From assembly GCF_006345805.1 (NCBI RefSeq), contig NC_042999.1, positions 78,182,001 to 78,246,000 on the forward strand: a stretch of DNA of 64,000 bases, written 5' to 3'. The notes under the pieces are model-generated. The model ran no database searches. It worked only from the letters and a program-made list of their open reading frames with translations, and was not told the DNA's origin. Shown here one piece after another: positions 26,997 to 40,042 of this stretch. A program made the translations under genes and the position numbers. Numbering within the stretch: the first letter of the stretch is position 1; the number at the start of each line of letters is the position of its first letter. The DNA comes from Octopus sinensis. Its lineage: Eukaryota.

Positions 26997-27051
26997 TTAT
27001 TATTTATGAATAAAGCATAAAGTTGGTATTGGTATATGAATTAAATATATT

Positions 27052-27440
27052 AGGCGCAGGAGTGGCTGTGTGGTAAGTAGCTTGCTAACCAACCACATGG
27101 TTCCGGGTTCAGTCCCACTGTGTGGCATCTTGGGCAAGTGTCTTCTGCTATAGCCCCGGGCCGACCAATGCCTTGTGAGTGGATTTGGTAGGCGGAAACT
27201 GAAAGAAGCCTGTCGTATATGTATATGTATATATATGTGTATGTGTGTGTGTTTGTCCCCCTAGCATTGCTTGACAACCGATGGTGTGTTTACGTCCCCG
27301 TCACTTAGCGGTTCGGCAAAAGAGACCGATAGAATAAGTACTGGGCTTACCAAGAATAAGTCCCGGGGTCGATTTGCTCGACTAAAGGCGGTGCTCCAGC
27401 ATGGCCGCAGTCAAATGACTGAAACAAGTAACAGAGTAAC
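27052..27440 (+). mobile_element. tRNA-derived SINE, full length
   Basis: Same family as 5611-5992; A box GTGGCTGTGTGG, B box GGTTCAGTCCC. Confidence 0.85.
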
Positions 27441-27444
27441 TGCT

Positions 27445-28889
27445 AACATAATGTAACTGTGTGACTTCGTTGAGCTTTGGGACAGTGTTGTAATGTTTCT
27501 GAATGAGAAGCAGCTTGGAGAAGTAATCCTAGCAGCCAAATATGATATATTCTACCTTAGAGATATATTCTGAGAAGCTAATTTTGCAAAAACAAACAGC
27601 TACAAGGTAAAAATACAAATATTTTGATTTGCAAAGAGGCTATTAGTTCTTTCCTTGAACTTAATTTCTTCAGTATAAATACTGGGTGTAAGAAGCTGAT
27701 GCATTTTTAACTCTTGCTACAATTGACGAGGAACTGCAAGAGAATGACATTTTAAGGTATATTGAGCAATTGAAGAAATTGCACAATGCTATGGAAATTA
27801 GGTTAAAAAAACCTCCTGGAAATTAATATTCCAAGTTAGAATGAATACCGAGCATGATCATTACCTGTGTCGCCTTACTGGCACTTGTGCTGGTGGCACA
27901 CGAAAAAAACATTTGAGCAAGATCGTTGCCAGTGCCGCTGGACTGGCTCCTGTGCATGTGGCACATAAAAAGCACCATTTGAGTGTGGATGCTGCCGGTA
28001 CTGCCTGTCTGGCCCTCGTGCCGGTGGCACGTAAAAGCACCCGCTGCATTCTTGGAGTGGTTGGCATTAGGAAGGGCATCCAGCTGTAGAAACTCTGACA
28101 GATCAGATTGGAGTCTGGTGCAGCCATCTGGTTCGCCAGACCTCAGTCAAATCGTCCAACCCATGCTAGCATGGAAAGCGGACGTTAAATGATGATGATG
28201 ATGAAATGTAACTACAAGAAAAGCCACATTATGTTGCAGAATGATCAAACTGCTCAAATTAAATTTAATCATAGATTCAATAACTAATAGACAGCATGTG
28301 AATTTGCTATGAAATTTCCTTCATTGTCTTTCCTACATCTTACCTTGTTGGGCCAAGAAATTGTTTGTAGAGATGATCTTTAGTTGTCTGTAATAACTAT
28401 GGACACTGCTATTGAAAAACTTTTTTAGCCCAAAATTTCAAAATGCCGATTTTTGGCAATTTTCTGGAATCTCTGTATCCGAAGTCAGGGGTTTTTGGAA
28501 AAAAATATATATATATAGTAATAATAATAATTTGTGAAAAAATGGGGTGGGGATTGGAGGAAGTCTTTCCCAGATTACCTTTAAAAAAAAAGTTTCTTAC
28601 AAATTTTTGTCCAAAAATCGTTTTCATTATATATTATCAATATTTATTTAAAGAAAATTTTATGATAATAAGCTAATTTTTAAAAAGTTAATATGTAGAA
28701 TTTCATGTTCATTTGATAAAGTTTACAAACTTTATTATATGAAGTTTTAAATTTTTTCAAAAGTGACCAGTTTCTACTATTAACCCATCCATTACAAAAT
28801 TAAAGTACTTTTTTCATGTCCTACAGTTCGCAGATAAATTAAAGATTCCAAGGAAGTGGGCATGTGCAAAAAAGTGTTGAGAAGCACTG
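27445..28889 (+). mobile_element. Degraded hAT (Charlie/Buster-like) transposon
   Basis: Frameshifted DIFYLRDIF..KQLQGKNTN..CKEAISSF..ELQENDILRYIEQLKKLHNAMEIR..LLEINIP, like ZBED5/SCAND3-type transposases. The right end GTTGAGAAGCACTG is the reverse complement of a CAGTG.TTCTCAAC hAT TIR. Interrupted by an RTE tail. Confidence 0.65.
27860..28203 (+). mobile_element. RTE 3'-end fragment nested in the hAT remnant
   Basis: GGCATTAGGAAGGGCATCCAGCTGTAGAAAC...CCATGCTAGCATGGAAAGCGGACGTTAAATGATGATG. Confidence 0.85.
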
Positions 28890-29469
28890 GTCTTGTATAA
28901 GACGATAATGTGTGATTTAAGGGAAACTTAGCTGCTATTTCTAGCAAGTCGTGTGGGAAAGGTATGAGGTTGTGACGTTCATAACTTTCAAATGTATCAG
29001 TACAATATAACTGAAGTGAAATGGATTGAAGCTGAAATAAAAACTAGCCTGTTGACTTAACTCACTAAGAACTTGCATCTTAAAGTGCTCACCAATCCTG
29101 TATTAGTGTACTATTTCTAATGTATTGGGTTGCTACTATTCAGCCCCATGTTAGCTTTAAGCAAACCAATGTTGACCATTCTGTTTTATTAGCGCCTTGG
29201 GTTTTTTTCCTTGGTGATTATAATTCTTTTATATTCTTTATAAACCCATTGGCTCACAAGTATTATAGTAAGGATTTGTTTAATATGTAGGCTTGCTAAA
29301 AGATCGCTGATTGTAACTCCATAGGACACATTTGTTTTGCACGTGAAATAATTGTAATTAACTTGAATTATTTAAATTTTATTGCTTGATGGAACATAAG
29401 GTAGTAGCAGGTTTACAGAATCACTATGACATCAAACTATGTGGTTAACCAAGATACTCACATGAGCTA

Positions 29470-30430
29470 TGACCAAATGAGGTTTATTTTTTAATGCAGT
29501 CCTCCTTGAAGTCCTTACACTTCTTCCATCGGTTTTGGAGTGCTTGGATCCCATTGGTGAAAAAAGCTTTCATCCTCTTAGTCAAAAATGTATTCAACTG
29601 CAGATATAATGTCATCACTGTGATACTGGTTCCCAGGCAAGCTATTTCATGTTGGCAAACAGATGATAGCCAGATGGAGCTAAATCTGAAGAAGAGGGAG
29701 GGTGATCAACCAGTTCAAAGCCATGGTCATGCACAGCAGCTACTGAAACGAAGGGCTTTGTGCTGGAGCATTTTTCCTGATAAAACAAGACCCTTTTTGT
29801 TAGTTTCCCTGGGCATTTGATTTTGATATTTTTTCGTAACTGCCTCAGCAAATTGACATATTACTCTTCATTGATATAGCCCTTTTGAAGATAGTCAATA
29901 AACACAATACCTTTTGCGTCCCCAAAAATCTGAGGCCATCACCTTCCCTGTAGATGAAATGACTTTGATCTTGTTTGGAGAAGGTGAGGAGGGCTATTTC
30001 CACTGCATGGATTGTCTCTTTGTCTCCATGTCAAAGTGATGAAACCAACACTCATCCTGGCTTGGGAAATGTTTGAGGAAACCAGCTGGATCTACCTCAA
30101 GCACTGTCAGATTTTCCCATGATGTGATCAGCCTGGTGTGCTTTTGATTGGGTACCAGAAGATATAGAACCCACTGAACAGAAACCTTCATCATGCCAAC
30201 TTCATTGTGAAAAATATTCTCAACTCTTTCACAGAATATGCTAATTAGCAGTTTCTATTTGATTTATAGGCAATTGTGTCAGCATGAATGTTTTGAAGAG
30301 TAAACCCTTTCCCTGCAGGTACTTGATAGCACCATGTAATCAAATTTTGTCAATTTTCAAAAGAAGTCACTACTAGTTACCTTTGAAGTCTTCTTTGAAC
30401 AGTCAGATGTTAGTTTACCCGGAGAGAAAC
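29470..30430 (-). mobile_element. Degraded mariner (Tc1/mariner) transposase
   Basis: WV..LL..QKHTR, QDECWFHHFDMETKRQSMQW (DETW motif) and HPPSSSDLAPSGYHLF (YSPDLAPSDY motif). Confidence 0.85.
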
Positions 30431-30694
30431 AATGCAGTTATTAATAAGACTGAAATTAATGCATGCAAAATTTCACAGCCCTAGACACTGGCTTAGCTAC
30501 AATGTGTGCTGCTTGGGGCAGCCTTTCCATTTACTGCCTCCAGATCCCACAAAAACACATTGCCTACAGCAGACCCAAAAGTGCCACCCGGAGTGGACTG
30601 CCCTTACCTCCCTGTTAGTGGCCCTAGCATCACACCTTCATTGTCAGCATATGAATTTTCAACCTACCCTTGTAAATACCTTGTGATATTTAAA

Positions 30695-31415
30695 ATAATA
30701 ATAATAATATTGATAATAATAATAATAATAATGAAATTATTGTATACAGTGCTCAGGTGCACCACAACTTGTCAAAAGTGCACATAAAGCATATGCAGTA
30801 ATGTACAAATGTCTGGAAAGTGGACAGTGTATGAGTCAGATACATGCTTGCCTGTGTATGGAGGGGAGAAAATCAGGTGTAGTGTTGGCGAATCTCAGGA
30901 AGCATGGAAGTTTTGAAGGATGCAGTGCTCTGACAACTAACAACTGATGCCGACAGTTTGTTCCATGCTTCAGCAACTCTTAGCGTGAAAAAATGTTTCC
31001 GAAAGTCATGGGAGCTGTGCTGTTTTCTGACTTTGTAAACATGTCCACGGGTGTAAGACAGATGGAGTTTGAAAAAGGTGCTCAGAGTTATTGTTTGTAA
31101 GATGGTTAATAATTTTATGGGTGTCTGCCAAGTCAGCTGCCAGAAGTTGGAGTTTCAATGTATCCATGCCCAGGGAAGTAAGGCGTTCAGAATATGGCAA
31201 ATGCCTGATGGAGGGTATTCTCTTGGTTGCATGTCGCTGAACGGCTTCCAGACGATTAATATCCTGAGCAAGGTAGGGGTTCCAGACTGGTGATGCAAAT
31301 TCCAACTGAGGTCACACCATAGCTATGTAAAGCCGTAGATAGATAGCCGGAGAGCGGCTCACAAAGGACTTGGTGAGTGATGCCAAGACACCCTCAGCCT
31401 TCTTGGCAATTTTAG
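30695..31415 (-). mobile_element. CR1-clade LINE 3' fragment
   Basis: LYIAMV.PQLEFASPVWNPYLAQDINRLEAVQRHATK..YSERL; (TTA)n tail at 30695-30730. Confidence 0.85.
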
Positions 31416-31921
31416 TCACAGACCTTTTACGTTTTGAGTTCAAACCTTGCCAAGGATCTTTCTGCCTTTCTAGAATCAATAAAATAAAGTATAAAGTGCC
31501 AGTCAAGCACTAAATTTGGTTGTTCAATATTGATTTCTTACATTTTCAAAAGGCCACCAAAACCAAAGATGTGTTGAGTAGATGTATAGTTGATTGACTG
31601 GCTATAATACAATGCTAGTATTTATTTTATGACCTGTAGTAGAATGGCAGGTGAAGTTACCCTTCTATGGGGTTGAATAATACACCTAAAAAGAAAAAAC
31701 AAAACTTGAAAGACATCTAGTTAAGCAGTCTATTATTCATCATTCTATCCTCATGTGATTGGTGGTCTCAATTTTTATTTACTTTAACCCTTTTTATGTC
31801 AACCTACCCTCGATTCTATGATACAGACTTTCCTGTTGAAGTGATCTGAAATAAAATCTTCCATTAAAATTTCATGTTTATCCGTCCGCCCACCCATCTG
31901 TCTGCCCATCTGTCCGTCCAT

Positions 31922-32152
31922 CTGAGGCGGCAAGCTGGCAGAATCGTTAGCACACCGGGTGAAATGCTTAGCAGTATTTCGTCTGTTGTTACATTCTGAG
32001 TTCAAATTCCGCCGAGGTCGACTTTGCCTTTCATCCTTTCGGAGTTGATGAATAAAGTACCAGTTTTGCACTGAGGTCGATGTAATCGACTTAATCCCTT
32101 TGTCTGTCTTTGTTGTCCCTCTATGTTTAGCCCCTTGTGGGCAATAATGAAA
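31922..32152 (+). mobile_element. SINE with Deu/Nin-like central domain (older copy at ~56525-56730)
   Basis: GAGTTCAAATTCC B box, then GCCTTTCATCCTTTCGGAGTTGATGAATAAAGTACCAG, resembling the Deu/Nin domain. Confidence 0.7.
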
Positions 32153-35100
32153 TATCTATCTATCTGTTAATTAATAATGACAAAATAAGGGGACATTAAA
32201 ATTTACATTAAAGAGCAGAATGTACAATTTCCTGTAAGTCAGACTGCCTTGTGGTCCCAGCAGAGAAAATGGAAAAGGTGTTGCCCCAGCAGAGAAAATG
32301 GAAAAGGTGTTGCCCCATAGGATGGTGAGATAGAATGATGCACTGGAACAGCTACTCTGACTCATAGGGTTTGAACTTGTGGGACAGCCATTTCCACGCC
32401 AATAGTGGTGAGCATGGATATGGTCTGGGTACTGAGAATGCTGGCTGTCTCCACAAAGTTATTTAAAAAAATTTTTCATAATTTTCAAAATTAATTGAAA
32501 TGAAGGCAGTATATTACAACAGAACCAAGTCCAAGAATAAAAAAAAAAAATTAGTGTACGTTGATTACAATGAAAAGTTATGACCTAAACCCACAGCTAT
32601 TTGAAAACCATAACTATTTACAGTTTTAGTTTATCCACACAGTAACACTAAGTGGTTAAGTAGTATTTAATTTCCATTAGAAGTTTGACATTGTTCTTCA
32701 TGTCATTGTAGTTATTAAAAAGTCCATATTCCATGTCACTTGTTGATAGGAAATATTGTGTCTATGGAAGCATTTGTGAGATTTTTATATGGTTAATCTG
32801 CAAGGTTGTTGAATCTAAGAAGATATATATTCTAGACCACTACATGACTCTCTTCAAATTAACAAGGCTGTCTCCACAATCACTTGATTAGCAAGAAATT
32901 TCTACTAATTCTTCCTGAAATATTATTACCCTACTGTCTTAAAAATGAATAAATATATCAGATAAATTTAACCCAAATATCTGTGTGCTAATCAGAGTTA
33001 ACCTGAGGTTTACCCAAAGTCATCCTTGAGGGACATGCAAAATAATACTAATAATGTCTGTCTCCTTATTTTAGTTTGCTTAAAATTTAATAGCGATTAG
33101 TCCTAATTCATGGTTCAGTAAGTAGCAGTAAGGAGAGTATCCACCTGTGGAAATTGCTACTCTGACAATTTTCCAATTTTGAAATTTGCAGAATTATACT
33201 ACCCAAGTCAGTACTATAGAGAAAAAAAAAAAAGATATAGATGTAAAGCTATTTATCCTTTCAAGTATTTATATAGTAAGATTTCCAATGTTTGTGTTTT
33301 GTTTATTTTTTAATTTTATAGCTGTGATATATGTAGTTTGTCAAATTTGTAATTATTTTTCTATTCTTTAAATATTTTTACTCTTAAAGAATAATTACTA
33401 CATAGATGAGAATAGACTTATGCAATTATAAATACCCTTGATCACTACAATGTTAGGTGTTTAAGTGCTGGAAAAAGAGGTCAACTACATCATGAATCCA
33501 AAATAGATTACATGTGCTAAGAAAGCATGTTAAGTACCACTGTCTCGAAGTTAACTCAACCCCACCAACTGTAAAGTCTAATCATAGTCAGTCTCCTCTT
33601 TTAAATAGTTGAGAAAAACAGGGAGAGTTATTAATGTGCTGTTATGAATAACATTTGACCTAATGCTTTTTCAGTGCATAGCTCTGTCTTTCTCACTGAA
33701 GATATGTTGATGAATGAGTTACTGAGTACAACTGTAATCTGTTGACCTATGTTTATCTTAACAAAGACCCTTTCATACTTTTTTAAGCAACCACTCCCTT
33801 GACACTATAAAAATCACCTACCCAGTGCCTTTGAAGCCTACCTTCATTATCATCATCACCATCAACAACAATAACATTTAACATCCATTTTCCATGCTGG
33901 CATGGCTTTGATGGCTTAACAGGAACTGGCAAGGCCAGCAGTTGCACCAGGCTCTATAGTCTGTTTTTGCATGGTTTCTCCAGGTCAGCGCCCTTCCTAA
34001 TGCCAACCACTTTACAGAGTGAACTGTGTGGATTAATTGACATAATTAAAGAATAATAAATTGAAATTGATTTTTGAATATATTGATTTCAAACAAAAGG
34101 TACAAAAGTGACCAAAATTAGAAATGTGTAAGGTTGATTTCATTGACTCCAATACTAGGCTGTTATTTATTTCATTGAACCTGGAAGGATGAGGGGAAAA
34201 GTTAGACCTCAGCAAGATGTAACTAAACACCACAAGGCTCTTTGATACTGCCAGCTACTAATCTTTAATTTCTGAATATATTAAAATTCCAGATGATTTT
34301 TTTTAAGACAAGTAGCCATCCGAACCCTTGCCCAAGTTTATTGATATCTAAAATAAATATGATCAAATGAATTCTCTACATTTTGAATAAATTTCTTTAT
34401 AATAATCTTCAGTTGGTTTGTGAATGCTGGTTATCTGACAATTACAGCATCCAAGCAATTTTAGAAGAAGCTGCATAAAGATGAGCAAAAAAAAAACAAA
34501 CAAAAAAAAAACAATTATAGAAGCAGAAATAAAAATTTTATTCTTACATATTTATTTTTATTTTCTTGGAAAACATTTTTTTTCCAAAATGCTGTCCCAA
34601 TTTATATAATTACTCTAAATGAATTATTTTAAAAGTCAGTAACTTTTATAGTCAGTCACTATTACAACATTTAGGATTATACAACATTCTTAGTTTTTTT
34701 TTATTTCTTTTTCTGTTTGATGCTAAAAAGAGTAAATTTCAGAAAAAAGTTACATGGCCCATAACCTTTTATAATCTATACCCTTATGCAAAATTCCGGC
34801 TACCTTGGTACAAAATCGTGACCTACGACTTCATGCATACATACATTCACCGTTAAATATTAAGATAATCAATGACTTATCCAAAGGTTAGTAGTCCTTG
34901 AACAGACTAAGATACCATATTTAACACTATTTCAGTCCAGTTTAATTAATTTTAACAAAATCAATGAACTTGACTATGTAATATCAAACTTTCCAAAGTC
35001 TAATAGTTATTTAGTGCCTATCTTGGATACTGTATTTAATAATTATCTCATCATAATTCCTAAGCAATTAAAATATAATTGATTGACTTAAATCAGTGAT

Positions 35101-35249
35101 AAATAGCTTACCAAAGTCTAGTAGTTGTATAACAATAGTTTTAAACGTCACACTTAGTCATTAGTAATGTAACTTTCAGTTAGTTTACATCACCCACACT
35201 CTTCTTTCTATGAATTAATTACCTTCTCACTGTCATCTCTAATAACTCA

Positions 35250-36040
35250 CACTTCTCTGCAGTTGATGTCAGCCTTTATTCCTCTTTAACCTCCTTCCAG
35301 CAACCTAAGAAACCTTGTGTCAGTCTTGCTTCTATGACCAAAGATTTCAATATCTTGCAAGTAAAGCTGCCTTTAGACAATACATCTGGCATATTCACTA
35401 CACAAATCAAAGGATCTTCTGGTGCCACATTTTCTGAAGACATTGACAGCACTCAAAGCCTTCAAATGTACAGCAAATGCCAACTCCCACAACCTACTCT
35501 AATAATCTTGCATGTGAACATCATATATTTAAAGTAGGCATGCCAGTTTTCATGCAGCAGGTATCCATGGGTGGTTTTTTTCCTAGACATTCACATGTAT
35601 AACATTGTCAAAACTGCATCACATAGACTAGACTTCTTGCAGCAGAAAACAGTTCATCCATTGTCATTTGTTTTACCTTTACAAAACTGAAGTAAGAGCC
35701 ACATTTGCATATTGTTGCCCACACCTGGAATGGTATTACTGTTACACACTTAAGTATCATAGACAACACCCCCCTACAAGAAAAGACTGATCATCAAAGA
35801 TTCATTCCTCAACATAGTACAAACTTTGACTCACAAGCATAATGTTTCTTTACTATTGCTAACCTTTGGAATTTCCTTCTCATCCACATTTTTTTTTCTG
35901 CAGACATTAACCTACAGGATGTTCAAACTGAATATCAGTCACATTAATTTCACCGATCTAGGTCCTCTAAAGGTCACAGGAACACTTCTTCCTTAGTGGC
36001 CACTCTGAAATATTTCTCTCAGACCATTTTGTTTAAATAA
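35250..36040 (+). mobile_element. Highly degraded L2/Crack-like LINE 3' part
   Basis: LYKTEVRATFAYC (cf. LYK..VRP.MEYC); the 3' end resembles the 11230 element. Confidence 0.45.
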
Positions 36041-36129
36041 TGCAAATTACCCAGGCCATAATTGTATTCTTCCTTTTTTTTATTTATTTAAGTCTAAGTC
36101 TTTTAGCTTGGAGACAAGGTTGGACAAAT

Positions 36130-36174
36130 GTTATGCTGATGATGCCCATTGAAGCAGAAACATATGTCCACAAC
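36130..36174 (+). ncRNA. Minimal type I hammerhead ribozyme motif
   Basis: GTTATG-CTGATGA-TGC(CCATTGAA)GCA-GAAA-CATATGTC-CACAAC: intact core, stem II, palindromic stem III ACATATGT, GUC cleavage site, stem I with 5 of 6 pairs. Confidence 0.7.
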
Positions 36175-37699
36175 TCTCTTTTTTTCAGACACTAAGCCTG
36201 TCCTTTTCCTTCATTGCTTGTCAGCTTTGGAGAATTCTTGTTTCTGGACCTAGTCTTAAATGCCATTTGGTAACTGTAATACATCCTCTGGAGGTAAAGA
36301 TAATTTTAATAAATCAAAACTCAAGAATTTATATTGCATGCCATTTGATACACTAGTATATGTCTATTTTATTGTTGTATAGTGAAACTGTATACCCCTC
36401 CCAGTAAAAAGTGGTAGGAAGGAGCCATTATAAATAGACTAGTAGCTGGTCAACACAAGGTCGAGAGTCAAAGAGTTGAGAGTTGACAGTTCTAGTTGGT
36501 ATCTTGTGGAGCTATCAGCGATAGTAAAACAGAAGTTAGTGTATTACTATTCTGGTATGAAGAGATACAACAGTATCCAATGACTAGTAACTACTGTGGA
36601 TACTATTGTAAAATAGTAACTACAGTACAAGGGCAGTCATACATCACACCAGTGGGAGGAACCAACTTTACAACAGTTATTTAAAAAAAAAAAACTATTT
36701 AACTATACTTAAATGAATTTATGGTAATTAATGAACTTGATCTAGTGTTAGTCTTTGATACCATATTAACTGACTACTTCACCTATATCTTTCTCATGAT
36801 GGCAAATGGCCTTGTTGAAATTATCTAAGTTTTCAAATTAAATGTCTGTGAGTAGAATCTTACATCAACAGATTCTCTAATCTGGAGTTGATGTCTTCCT
36901 TTAATGTGGTTGTATGGCACAAATAAGGTTGCTCTTACCCCGAGATGCAACCAGCAACAGTATATCCAAACCTCAGGTCACAGGAACCAGCAAAACTCAA
37001 CAATCATACCCTCACATGCACTCTACCCGAGCTTCTGGCCAGAAAGAACTACTCTCCTAAAACAATCCCCACAACACATCTGTTGTGCTGGACTCCCCAG
37101 TGAAGAAAGAGGCGGTTTGAAGACCCCACTTCTATCACGTGACATCACTTCTCGCTTCCGGTTCTGATCCTTGGATAACCACACTAAAACTATAGCCTTC
37201 CACCTATGAATAATGCAGTACTATAGCTTTTTTTTGTTTTTTTAAAGCTAAATGTGCCCCAGTAAAAAAACTAGTACTCTATTCTCTGTTAATGTATTCC
37301 CACTATCTCCACAAATGTAGTAACACTCACTTTTAAAGCTTCTTCTCTTAAGCTTATAAATTGCTGATGTAATATATCTCAATATTGATTTTTTTTTCTT
37401 TTTATATTTATTTTCTTATTGCCCAGATCTGCTCTGATCAAAGAGATCTATGATCAAAGTGGCTCCAACCATCTGTTGTCGTTCACTACTTCTGTGAAAG
37501 ACTGTGCATCTAGGGTGTAATTTGAGGGAGATTTTGTTCCTATCAATGGCAGTTCGACTAACCTTGTAAAGCACTTACAAGGACCTATTTAGTAGTAGGA
37601 AATGATTGTGATAATGATGAAAGAATGAGTGAATAAATTAATTAATTATGAGTGCTATTAATAGTGTATCTGTGCTAGTCTCAGTTTCACACTTGTAAA

Positions 37700-39505
37700 A
37701 AGATTGGACATCTAGCTCAAAAATTAACCAATGTGGACTATGCTGATAATTTAGCCTTGCTCTCTGACATGATATCAAACTCCACTCAACTACTTCGTAG
37801 TCTAGAATTAGCTGCACATGATGTTGGACTTCTTGTTAATCCTAGTAAAACCAAATTCATTGCTCACTATCATCAAGGACTCATCACCAACATCAACAGA
37901 GATCCCATCAATCAAGTTAATAATTTCACATACCTCAGTTCTAAGACAGTCTCAACTGTAAAGGATGTTAAAACTCAGATAACCAAAGTATGGTTGGCCC
38001 TAAACAAACTGGGTGATATTATTTACATTTGATGGATATTTGTCCTCATCTTGTTTGTTGTTAACACAACGTTTTGGCTGATATACCCTCCAGCCTTCAT
38101 CCATACAGTGTAAAGAGAGGGATTGCTCAGTGCCTAAAACATCGAGCAAAGAATATAAGTTGCAATCATGATACCCACCATGAAGAAATGATCAAGCTAA
38201 GTAACAATCTATCAAGTAACAACTACCTCAAAAGCATACTCTCCACTCCAGTTATGAAGAAAAGGGAGGATGAAACCAATAAACTACCCACAGTCTGTCT
38301 ACCCGATGTGAAAGGCCTCTCCAAAAAGATACAAAAGATATGCGGCCCATATGACATCAGGACAGTATTCAAGAATAATATAACACTTCGCAAGTATCTC
38401 CTTCGAGTAAAACCACCAATAGAAGAGAATATGACCAAAGACTGCATGTACTCCATCCCATGCAGCTGTGGTAGGTTATACAAAGGTGAAACATGCTGCC
38501 CCTTCAAAATAAGGGTAGATGAACATCCTGTGATATGAGGAGATATTGATAAATTGGGTATAGCTGATCATGTATGGAAAAATGGAGACTACCTCCTCCT
38601 GTGGGATGAAGTTAAAATAATAGATAGAGAACACCACTGGAAAATGCAAAAACTAAAAGCAGCACATATGTTAGGACACAACAACCTCCTAAGCAGACCA
38701 AGTGCAGATATGAGTAGCATATGGGAACCGGTATTAAGAAAGGATAGGAAAATATTAGATTTATAAACCCTAAAATTCACTCCATAATTGCCCACAGTCA
38801 TATGGCGTAGTGGTTAAGAGCACGGGCTACTAACCCTAAGTTTCCAAGTTCGATTCCATAACAATAATAACAATGGTGGCAGTGATGACGACAATGAAAA
38901 ATACCTTATAAATGAGACCCAGGTTTGAAATGTCCCCAAGACACCAGATGAAGGTTGGAGGGTATATCAGCTGAAACATGTTAACAACAAACAAGATGAG
39001 GACAGATATTCGTCAAATGTAAATATCTTAAATATAGAAGTATTAAACTGGGTGATGTTTGGAAATCAGCCCTGTCAGACAGGAATTTTCTCATGCAATA
39101 GAAGAGTCAGTCCTTTTATATGGAGCAACAATATGGAGACTTAGCAAAAAGACTGGAATCCAAGCTAGATGGGACTTACACTTGAATGTTAAGAGCAGTT
39201 TTAAACGTATCTTGAAGAAACTGTCCCACCAAGAAACAGCTGTATAGAGATCTCCTGCCTGTCTCCAACATTATAATGGATAGGCGCTTATGCTTTACAA
39301 GACATTGTTGGCAAGTTGAACAAAAACTGTTAAGTGACCTACTGCTATGGATGCCAAAGTATGGCTGTACTTGAGCTGGTCATCTGAACCACTCACCAGA
39401 ACCACTGGATGTCTCCCTGAAGACCTCCCTTGACTAATGCAGGACCGAGATGGATGGCATGTACAGGTCAAAAATGTCCAAGTAAGTTTGACCAGATGAT
39501 AATGA
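37700..39505 (+). mobile_element. Degraded RTE-like LINE 3' half, split by a Penelope insertion
   Basis: DYADNLALL..VGLLVNPSKTKF..FTYLSS..LNKLGD resumes at 39045 as KLGDVWKS..ESVLLYGATIW..RRLCF..LLLW.PKYG. Confidence 0.75.
38018..39044 (+). mobile_element. Penelope/Poseidon-like element, 5'-truncated, with inverted partial pLTR and 12-bp TSD
   Basis: HPYSVKRG..LPDVKGLS..YSIPCSCGRLYKGET..R..EH..IADH..W..VKII (RT thumb plus GIY-YIG). ~80-bp inverted repeat 38020-38100 vs 38947-39025; AAACTGGGTGAT duplicated at 38006-38017 and 39045-39056. Confidence 0.88.
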
Positions 39506-39679
39506 TGTGCTAAGTCAAATGATGAATCTTTAAATTTTTTCTAAGTCATACAAAAGTGTACAACTTAATATTAAATTACCATTTTAATTATAAAACTTAA
39601 GCTATTTTTTTCACATAGATTTTTAGATATTTTGTCAGTGGAGAGTTTCAAATCTACTCATTGCTCGAGAAGACCTGTC

Positions 39680-40042
39680 AAGATGAGTGAAATCGTAGTT
39701 GGGGCCAATACCAGTGTCGCATACCTGATACCCATGCCAGTAGCATGTAAAAAGCACCCTTTGAACTTTGGGCCTCATGGAGGCAGTGACAAGTGACTGA
39801 GACCTTTGGCAATATACCTTGCTTAAGAAGACCTGTTAAGCCAAGTAAGAAGTAAAATGCTGGTGGCACATAAAAAGCACCCACTACACTCTAGGAATAG
39901 TTGGCATTAGGAAGGACATCCAGCTGTAGAAACCATGCCAAATCAGAATGAAACTTGGTGCAGCTCCCTAGCTTACTGGTTTTCAGTCAAACCGTCCAAC
40001 CCATGCCAGTATGGCAAGCAGATGTCAAATGATGATGATGAT
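39680..40042 (+). mobile_element. RTE 3'-end fragment
   Basis: Conserved RTE 3' UTR plus (ATG)n tail. Confidence 0.75.

Noticed and set aside
32256-32316. 29-bp exact tandem duplication
   Set aside because: Only two copies without spacers; an ordinary local duplication, not CRISPR-like.
38803-38860. tRNA gene
   Set aside because: Only A/B boxes and a partial arm are present with no acceptor stem; treated as a tRNA-derived promoter. The same applies to the SINE heads.
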